A stretch of DNA of 64,000 bases from Podarcis melisellensis (taxonomy: Eukaryota), in the NCBI GenBank assembly GCA_964234715.1, contig OZ174286.1; one strand, written 5' to 3'. Position numbers and translations under genes: made by a program. Shown here piece by piece: positions 38,200-64,000 of the stretch. Numbering within the stretch: position 1 is the first letter of the stretch; each line of letters opens with the position of its first letter. A model generated the notes under the pieces. That model had not been told where the DNA came from and ran no database searches. It worked only from the letters and a program-made list of their open reading frames with translations.

Positions 38200-39809
38200 C
38201 CCTGTGATTCCTATGATGACTGCCCCAATGCTGTTTTTTCCTAAGCTTAATAGCATTGGGCAGGGGGCAATTTCCATCAAAATTGGGGAAGATGGTGGGA
38301 AGGTTTAAAGCTTTCCCTCCTATCCCTGTTGTGCTGCTAAGCTGACTGGGGAACAGCTGAGAGTGGTGTAAAGGGCTGGAATGCAAAATAAGTTATTTTT
38401 TAAAAGATGGATCCCTTCTTCCTGCTACTAATAAGTTGATCAATAGGAGGATCTGTTGTGGGCCTTGATTAATTAGTGGATCAACAGAAGGGCAGAGGAG
38501 ATGAATTGTACTCTTGCAAACAAGAGATAGGACTATGCATACTGACCAGAGAATGTGCTTGCTGCCTGCAGAACGTAAAAAACAAAGGTCAGATATATAC
38601 CCCCCTCCCAATGACTCTTGGAGATTATACGTAATGACCAGAGGATGTACCGGATTCTGTAGATATATGTGCATTTCCCAAGCTCCTCTGGAGACTATGC
38701 ATATTGCCTGTAAAATGTGCACTATTCATGGATGAATTATGTGCACATTCTCCCTGATGCCTGGTGCATCTGTACACTGGCCAGTTATGCACATTAACCA
38801 CTCAACATTCCCCATTCCATATATATTACATCATTCTAAACTGCTTGGTGGCATTTGTTCTAGTAAGTGGTATATAATTAAAAAATAATAATAATTACTG
38901 CTGGAATTGAGTATCCACTTGTTGGTTCCTGAAATTCAGTGGAATACCCAAATCTATAAATCACAAACATATTACAATAGAAGCATTTCTAGGATGCAAA
39001 GGCTATTTAAAATAAAAATAAAAATGAGACAATATAAAAGCAATGTGAATGCTAAGATTCTGAGTTGCCACTCCTTCTAGGGCCAAAGATGATGGTGACG
39101 CTTGAAGGAATTTTTGGTCTGTTAGCTTAATAGTATTTCTTTACATCAGTCTCAGAATAAAATATGGGACAGCTGATCTTGGAGTTCACAAATCTGCATT
39201 CTCCGGAAACAGAATGTTAGAATGCTGCTAGAAAGTCAAGATACAAGGAAAATAGGATTAGGCCTTGAAAGATATCTGCTTAGAAGACATGGATTAATAA
39301 CTTAAAGCACCAAGATGTACAATATCACTTAAAAGATTAATATTGTTTTGTAAGAAATGCCATTTAATAATATAAAATTGTTTTTCAAAACCAGCAATTT
39401 GAGAGTTCAGATAAGGTTTTACAACATGTGACAGTGTATTTAATTACTGATAAAATACTTTGAAAGCAGATTTTCTACTGTACATAATTGCAGCTTTTTT
39501 CTAAAAAAATAAATAAATCTTTTAGACAAACTGAAAAACAAGCATGTTTCTAGAATCAGTGACCTACTGCTAATATAAAACCAAATGGAGCATTACAAAT
39601 TGAAGCTGCCCCTTCCCTCAGACTTGTTTCTCCAACCTGTGGATCTCTCCCAAAGGAAACAGCTGGCAGATTTTGCTGCTGCTATGGCAACTGTGTCGTC
39701 AGTCCGTTGGCTTGGCAACATTGCAGCAGCAGCATGAAGGTAGAGTTCAGAATGCTCCAAATGTTAACAGAAGGGGTGCTTTTTATGTTGACTTCTAAAG
39801 CCATGATTT

Positions 39810-56681
<16,872 letters not shown>

Positions 56682-57379
56682 AGTCTTTATTGTCTCCTAT
56701 TTTTTGTAACACATCTGGAGAAAGAGAATCATTTTCACATGAACAATTCAAAACCAAACAAATTCAGATTAAAAAGCTTCTTTTATAATCTTTTTCTCCT
56801 ACATTGTCATAGAATATGAAACAAATTTAAGGCATGACGTAAGTTGACCTCGTCACTTCACCAGCTTTAACATTCAGCCAAACAGTGCCATTCCCAAAGT
56901 GAATGATGGTTTATAGCAGTAATAAGCTGCATTTTGTCTGCTATACGATGCAGCTGGTTGCATCATAAATTATGTAATGTAATGATTATTGAAGCAATAA
57001 TTTAATGTTCTATGAGAATGAGTGGCACTAAATAAGCTAAACGGTCCTGTACAACAGTTAGTATGAAGGAAGCATGAGGAACAAGGCCAAGATTCCAAGC
57101 CCATTTTTTAAAATGGCCTGCCAATAATCTTATCATTGCATCCATCTTTTTCTCTCTTGGATTGGCATGGAAATACTCGGGGGGCCAGACTCGTCCAAGA
57201 GTGAGCAGTTACTAATCGCGAACTTCTTCGGCTGTGTCCACGCTTCCATTTACTGTAGCGCTCTCGCTGTATTTAAAGTGCTGGATTTTTCACCTGTTTT
57301 TCACATGACATTACCCCAAACGCCTAGGCACCCTGCACTTTACTGGGAAATACCGCTGCTCGATTTGCTTCACGCAAAT

Positions 57380-58260
57380 TTGAGCCCCTAATTCGCCTCT
57401 AGTCGGTGCAAAACAGGCGTGGCGACATTATAATCCGATTTGAAACGGGGAAGGGGGGGGGGCTTTGGAGTACATGTTAAATTCGGTCCCGTGTCTACTT
57501 CGCCTCACACCTCTTTCCACCGGTTTTAAAAGGGGTGTGCGTGTGTCCTCGAGGGAGGCCATTTGCAAAGGGCTCCCTTTCCCCCTCAGGAGCCGAAAAG
57601 CAGAGCCCGCCTCCGTCGCGGCTGCCTCGGACGGGGCGCCATCTGCTGCCGGGCGCCGAGAGCGACCCCGGCGGGGACTGAACACCGGGACGTGGCTTCC
57701 CCTCTTCTCCCCGGGCTGGGGCTGAGGCACCGGGGTCCGCCACCCCGGGGGCCCTCATTACTGTCGTCCTCCCGCGCCCCTTTGCCTACCCCAGCGCCCG
57801 AGCAATGCCGCGCCCAGTCCCTGCCTTCGGCCTCCCTCCTGCCCTCATCCGAGGAGGCGATAGGAAATGCCGCCCCGTCCTAGCCCAGCCCCGCCTCCCT
57901 CCCTCCTTCTACTCCCCAGAGCACGAAACTGCAGTTCTTTCGGGTTCCTCGGGAGTAAGCTCCGTTCAGGGTAATGAAGCTTTCGCTCCAGAACGTGGGC
58001 GCCCACGGGGGAGGACGTGGTTACCAGGCGGGGAGGGGAACGAGGGAGGCAGTAGCCAAAGACTTGTAACTATTGCGGGGTTGGGAGTCCCCCCCCCCCC
58101 GCAAAAATAATAAAACCTTCAGTGCCCGCAAAAGAGGGGTGCTTTTCATTTCAACTCCCCACCCCAGATCACAATTTGCGGGTGTACGAATAGCATCGAA
58201 GACCGGCCAACAAGCCGACCACAGAGACGCCGCTCGAGGCACAAAATAGCAGCGGATTAG
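57380..58260. promoter_or_regulatory. CpG island, probable NSUN6 promoter and non-coding first exon
   Basis: GC/CpG-rich with GC boxes (ccccgcctccc ~57889); candidate minus-strand donors GGG|gtaggc at 57790 and CTG|gtaacc at 58025; coding exon 1 has an acceptor, so an upstream exon is required. Confidence 0.75.
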
Positions 58261-58853
58261 AATTCATGTCCGGTTTGGAATGCTCATGTGAAGATCTCTA
58301 GAAAGGAGGCAAGTGGGTATTTTGCTGCCAGGGGCATGCACTCTGCATGTGCTCAGAGACCTATTGAATGCAGAAATGTGCTGCAACACGTGGTGCGCCC
58401 CACCCCCCGCTGCTTCTCATTTCCTCCCAGGATGGTACTTGAGCCTTTGTCACAGGAGGGCTGTGTGCCCCCTGCCAGTGACCTATCCAGGAAGCTGCAT
58501 TGTTAGGTGGGGTGGAAAGCCTGCCGGTGGCTCCTGAGAGGTTGTAGTCGACTTATATCATCAACAACCATTTTAGTCAAGGGTCAAAGCTTAGAAGAGT
58601 TATAGTCAACATCTGGAGGGCTACAGATTTCGCAGGAAATGTGGATCTGTGCCATTTTTATGGGGGGGGGTGTTTGATAGTGTGTTTTCCAGCTCCACTC
58701 ACTGCACCTGGGCTGAGCATGTATTATCAACTTAGTTGCAGCATATTTCTGCCTTCTCTCCAGACCTAATGAATATACATGGATTCAAAATATTTTACAG
58801 CAAACAGCAAAACATTCAAAAACCAAAATAACCAAGAAGCTCATAATAGCTAC

Positions 58854-58930
58854 TAAAGGTAAAGGGACCCCTGACCATTACGTCCAGTCGTGACCAATTC
58901 TGGGGTTGTGGCGCTCATCTCACTTTATTT
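58854..58930 (-). mobile_element. Sauria SINE 3' fragment
   Basis: taaaggtaaagggacccctgaccattacgtccagtcgtgaccaattctggggttgtggcgctcatctc, with the (ACCTTT) tail on the minus strand. Confidence 0.85.
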
Positions 58931-58931
58931 T

Positions 58932-60291
58932 TCTGTATATGGCATTTATTAACATGACAAAGGCCTTTGACACGGTAAATCGCAATGCCCTGTGGACTGC
59001 CCTCTTGAAAATCAGCTGCCCAGCTAAATTGTGAACATCCTTCAGCTCCTCCATGATAAAATGACAGCAACAATCACAAATAACGATGGCTCTCAAAGTG
59101 ATTCATTCAGTGGGATCAGGCGTTAAACAGGGTTGTGTTATTGCCCCAACTCTTATTTTCATCACCATGATCCTACACTTTGTTGAAAGGAAACTCTCCA
59201 CTAGAGTAGAAATCAAATCTAACTGATGGAAAGCTCTTTAATCTGAGTAGGCTGAAAGCAAAGAGTAAAGCTAACATAAGAGATTCAATATGCTGAAGAC
59301 AACGTGTGTGCACACTGATAGGATGACCTCCAAGCCATCCTAAATATCTTCACAGAAGCTTACGAAAGGTTTGGCCTATCGCTCAACATCCAAAAAACCA
59401 AAGTACTGCACCAACAAGCACAAAAAACCCCCTCTGCAGCGCCACAAATCCAACTCAATTGTGTAATGTTAGAAAGAGTCAATCACTTCTCCTACCTGGG
59501 CAGTTATCTTTCCACAAGGGCCGAATGATGCCGAAAGCCAGCCTCGCCTGAGCTCTGCAAGTGCAGCTTTCTGCAGTGTGTTTCAGGACCGGCACATTCA
59601 CAGGGAAAGCAAAATGCTTGTTTACAAAGCCACTGTGCTACACCTTACTGTATGCTTGTGAAACATGAACCACGTATAAATGCCATCTCCAACGCCTCAA
59701 AAGATTCCATCAACAGTGTCTTCGAAAAATTACATATCGCTTCGGAAGACAGTCAAACTGTCTGGCTATCTCCCGCTTGGACTACTGCAATGCACTCTAC
59801 GTGGGGCTACCTTTGAAGGTGACTCGGAAACTACAACTAATGCAGAATGCGGCAGATAGACTGGTGACTGGGAGCGGCCGCTGAGACCATATAACACCGG
59901 TCTTGAAAGACCTACATTGGCTCCCAGTATGTTTCCGAGCACAATTCAAAGTGTTGGTGCTGACCTTTAAAGCCCTAAACGGCCTCGGTCCAGTATACCT
60001 GAAAGAACGTCTCCACCCCCATCATTCTGCCCGGACGCTGAGGTCCAGTGCCGAGGGCCTTCTGGCGGTTCCCTCATTGCGAGAAGCAAAGCTACAGGGA
60101 ACCAGGCAGAGGGCCTTCTCGGTAGTGGCGCCCACCCTGTGGAACGCCCTTCCAGCAGATGTCAAAGCGATAAACAACTACCTGACATTCAGAAGACATC
60201 TTAAGGCAGCCCTGTTCAGGGAAGTTTTTAACGTGTGATATTTTACTGTATTTTTGGTTTTTATGGAAGCCGCCCAGAGTGGCTGGGGAGG

Positions 60292-60330
<39 letters not shown>

Positions 60331-60836
60331 GCCAGTGTACTGGAAGAAGCAAAGATCACCAGTGTCAAAGCAATGATTCTGCAACATCAGCTTTGTGGGA
60401 CTGGTCATGTTTGGATGCCTGATTATCGTTTTCCAAAGCAACTACTCTATTTTGAACTTAAAAATTGAAAGCGTAATGCTGGTGGTCAACAAAAGAGGTT
60501 TAAAGACTCTCAAGGCAAATCTTTAAAAATGTTTTATAAACACCGACAATTGGGAATCACTGGCCTGCGAGTGCTCCAATTGGAGAACAGCCTTTACCAA
60601 ATGTGTCATGAGCTTTGAAGATGCTCAAACTCAGGATGAAAAAGAGAAACATGTTAAGAGGAAGGCATGTTTGGCAAACCGTCACCGTGATCAACTCCCA
60701 AGAAACCTATGTCCCCACTGTGGAAGTACATGTGGATCCAGAATTGGCCTCCACAATCACTTACAGGGTGAGTGCTAAGACCGTGTTCATGGAAGACAGT
60801 CTAACGCAGCTACGAGTGATCACCAGAGAGGATGAA
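58932..60836 (+). mobile_element. 5'-truncated RTE-clade LINE (decayed RT and C-terminal CxxC-HxH finger), split by an L2 insertion
   Basis: LYMAFI.MTKAFDTVNRNALW, SGVKQGCVIAPTL, QYAED (YADD), CPHCGSTCGSRIGLHNHL; frameshifted. Confidence 0.9.
59761..60328 (+). mobile_element. Young L2-clade LINE 3' fragment with (ATT)n tail, nested in the RTE
   Basis: SRLDYCNALYVGLPLKVTRKLQLMQNAA...LKDLHWLPV..R..FKVLVL..KALNG...RAFSVVAPTLWNALP; a single in-frame TGA. Confidence 0.92.
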
Positions 60837-62049
60837 TTCCAGGGTAATGGCCCTATGCCACAATCCCATGCACATTTACTTGGGAGTAAAACCCACTGAA
60901 CGCAGTGGGATTTACTTGCAAATAAACACGCATAAACTTGTGCTGTCAACAATATTGATAATCTATATAATTATTACACTTGTTGATGCCTCTGTAATCA
61001 TCCTGATTCTATTAATACTTGGTGAAGAGAGAAATAATCACATTTCCCTTCTACTATAAGCTTTCTGGGGTCATTCTTAAATGGTTGGCAAGGGAAAATA
61101 GGTTAAAAAGATACTTCCTGAATGCTAAGATCCAAGTTTGAGGCCAAGTGCTCTTTGATGAGATTTAAAATCACAAAGCATGCAGCAAAGTAAAGCGTTG
61201 AAATAAGCCCATTTAAAATATGCCCTTGTGAGTTCCTTCCAACGTTTCCCTTTTCCCTCAGCATAGAAAAATCTACACATTTAGGAATGGTTTACTTACA
61301 AACTCTCCAAAGGTCAGGTTCATGTGATTTCCATACATCAGTCAGAAAACACAGGCAGTACAACTTGCCTCAGTTACAGTGGTGAATTTTCCTAAATTAT
61401 TGGTACAGGAACACAACAATGGTTTGTAAGAGCCATGCAGCTAAGATGTAGCAACTACCTTAGCCTCTTCACACACTAAGTTTCTCTGGTAGACAGAAGG
61501 CAAACAAAGGCATTGATTACCCCCCACCCAAGGTGAGAGGGAGTGACCTAGCTAAACTTGGCAGGGCAGCTTACTCCGTGGCATTAACCCCTTCATGCAT
61601 TAATTAAACTTAACCATGTTAGTTATATGAGGCTGGTTATCCCATAATTCTCTAATTGCAGATTGATTAATGTCTACATGTGTACTTAGGAGCAAATTAC
61701 ACTATAAAAGCTCAAATGTCTTCCTCCGCAGGATACCAATTATTAGGACCTAGCACTCTATTAAACCTTATTACTACTGTGGCTTCAGGAGCTTCTACAT
61801 GGCTACCTACACTTTTTCTACATAATCAAACATGCTGACTTCAAAGTGCTGAGTTGGGCGTGGCGTGGCCAGGGGAGTTTACTTGCACAACTGAGCCCTC
61901 GTGGAGACTCAGTAGTTTACAATCCGAACTTTTTTAAAAAAATAAAATTGAAAATAGCCTTTGACCGCCACTATTCTCCATGCGAGTATCTTCGCATTTC
62001 TATGGTGATACTACTCTAATCTGCATCGGAAGTCATTAGTGAAAATCCA

Positions 62050-63400
62050 CTTTAAGTCACGGCTGCGCGATATTTGTATCATTCCATATATAAAAATCTA
62101 ACTCCGTGTGGAAAAACCCGGCTGTCCCTGTCAGGAACCTTCTGAAAGAGGGAAACTATTCACCACGGGCGTGGGAAAAGAGCGCCTCCCTCACGTCCGG
62201 AGCGGAGGGTGACGTCACTCCCGCGGCCCCGCCCTGCCCCTTCCTCGTCCAAAGGGAAGCGGCGACAGACCGCAACGATACTAGTCACTTCCGGCGCCTT
62301 GCTGAACCAATGCCAACAGAAAAGGCCTGGCTCTCGCGCCCCTCATATGGCGCCGCCCGAAAGAAAACAGGAAATGCACGTAATGTCCGGGCGGGCGTAT
62401 CAGCTTTCACCGTTTTTTAAGCCGGAGCAGTTGAAATCACTGATCATGACTAAGTCACGCCCATTCCCTGCTCTGAGCAAAAAAAAAATCCACCCCGCCC
62501 CACAAGGGAGGGTGTGCGTGAGAGGGAAACTGCCACCCTAATCCCAGTTTCGGCCTTTCGTCAGCGGCAGGCGTGGAACGTGCGTCGTTCCTGCGGACGC
62601 GGTGACGTCAGCGCGCCTTGCGGAAGGAAGGCTTGGGGAAGGGCTCTCGCGCCGCTGCCGTGGTCGAGAACAGGAGGGGGCGGGGCGGGGCTTAAGCCCC
62701 TCCCACTTTATCCGCCGCGTTGGCCACGAGAAGAAAGAACCGACGGGAAGGAGGGAAGACGCTCGTCAGCAGCAGAAGCAGCGGAGGAGGCGGTCGGCGG
62801 TTTCTGCTGGCCAAGTCGGGATGGGCTTGATATTTGCCAAGCTGTGGAGCCTTTTCTGTAACCAGGGTGAGTAGAGCGGGGCTGGGGCTGGAGGGGCACC
62901 TGCGCCGCCGCTACCGGGGCTGCTGCTTTTGCTGCTCCGTGTGGCATTTTTGCCGGGAGGGTTTCGTCTCGGGGCGGGGGGGGGAGTGTTTCCCGGGCTG
63001 CCCTTTAACGGGGGGGGGGGGGGTCGGGGAGCTCGGTTGAGGGAGGGCAGCAATACCGCAGAGGAAGGGAGAGGGTCGTGATCCTGAAGAGATATCTCAG
63101 TTGTGTCTGTAACAATTAGGGCTTTGCATTGGGTGGGAAGCGGGGTATTTATTGAGCCCTTTCTCCCAAGGAAGGAGGGGGCATCGTCCATGGTTCTCTT
63201 CCCCTACCCACCCGCCCTATGCTCACAGGAGCCCGTGGAGGTAGCTGAGGCCGAGAAGGAAGAAGTGTATGACTGGCCACTCGGGGTCTTTTTCTGCGGG
63301 GACTTGAACTTGGGTCCCCCCCGTCTTGGATCTCCCATGTTACGGAGGTGTACGAAAAAGGCAAGAGTGGCGTTGGGAGAGGGGACCGTTTTTATTTATT
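62050..63400. promoter_or_regulatory. CpG island, ARL5B promoter
   Basis: CpG-rich; full CRE TGACGTCA at 62210-62217 and 62603-62610; ETS CACTTCCGG at 62286-62294; YY1-like ATGGCG at 62347-62352; tandem GC boxes at ~62677-62690. Confidence 0.85.
62821..62866 (+). CDS. ARL5B: ADP-ribosylation factor-like 5B, first coding exon (partial gene)
   Basis: ATG GGC TTG ATA TTT GCC AAG CTG TGG AGC CTT TTC TGT AAC CAG G|gtgagt = MGLIFAKLWSLFCNQ(E), myristoylation Gly2; syntenic with NSUN6. Confidence 0.96.
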
Positions 63401-64000
63401 TTGACAGGGCGGAGTAGCAATAGGGTAAATACAGTAATATGGGGGAAATGGTGGGCTGAGAAAGGAAGGGACTGTGAAAAGTTAATACAGTAAAGTTGGG
63501 AAATTAGGGGAGAGGAGGCCACTTGCTGTGAGTCGGAGCATCCTGTCTGTTTGACCAAAGGTGTTTTAATATAAACAGGGCAACAAGGACTGGTTTTGAG
63601 TCAGCGGGGAAGGTGAGCTGGAGAAATAGGTATGATGAATAACAAGGGTGAATAATGGGGAGGCCAGGAAGTCAATTAGCCTGTGGATTGTAAGATGCTA
63701 AGTGCCAGCACATTTCAACCAAATTCAACTGGTAGTATACAGAACCTGTGAACAGGAATGTGGCAAAAAGTTAAAGTTGGAGTTTGAGTTTTCCCCAAAA
63801 TGTAAAGAAATTCCATGAGTTCCTCAGCCTTGGCTGTTGGTGAAATCTGTGCAGGAAGTAATAAATTTGTGTTAAAATGTTGCAGTGTCTGTAACAACTT
63901 GCAAACCACCTTCTTTCATTTTTCTTTTGTGTTTCTTGAGAAAACACCCTGTTGAATGCATTTGCAGAGAACAGTCATATTGCCAGCTGATCGTTTTTCC

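Noticed and set aside
57428-58242. Several overlapping 70-106 aa ORFs
   Set aside because: GC-rich CpG-island ORFs with low-complexity Pro/Arg/Gly content and no recognisable homology
59903-60238. 111-aa ORF as a host gene
   Set aside because: It is the C-terminus of L2 ORF2
62602-62820. In-frame GTG-initiated N-terminal extension of ARL5B
   Set aside because: The GTG is part of a CRE, probably upstream of the TSS; an extension would block Gly2 myristoylation; stop-free frames are expected in CpG islands

Overview
Vertebrate genomic DNA, most likely from a squamate. The repeat content (Sauria SINE, Squam3-like SINE, BovB tail, tRNA-Lys/CR1 SINE) suggests a lacertid lizard, which is an inference. 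The window covers the conserved CACNB2-NSUN6-ARL5B syntenic block. (1) CACNB2 (voltage-gated Ca channel beta-2), + strand: coding exons 4-14 at 8066-32191, including the mutually exclusive HOOK exons 7A (134 nt) and 7B (20-nt microexon). (2) NSUN6 (tRNA/mRNA m5C methyltransferase), - strand: complete, 11 coding exons at 56681-39810, 1404 nt, 467 aa, with both catalytic cysteines intact. (3) ARL5B, + strand: first coding exon at 62821-62866 in a CpG island, head-to-head with NSUN6. Introns and spacers hold SINEs, CR1/L2/RTE LINE fragments (including a nested L2-in-RTE stack between the two promoters), Tc1/mariner MITEs, long fold-back MITEs, a probable solo LTR, a U6 snRNA pseudogene, microsatellites and a 148-N assembly gap. 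I found no unambiguous new biological system. The best leads are a candidate in-frame 90-nt cassette exon in the CACNB2 HOOK region, a decayed full-length EEF1E1/AIMP3-like retrocopy, a candidate in-frame alternative last exon of NSUN6, a Ser-to-Pro change at a known beta-2 kinase site, and exon-proximal dsRNA hairpins.
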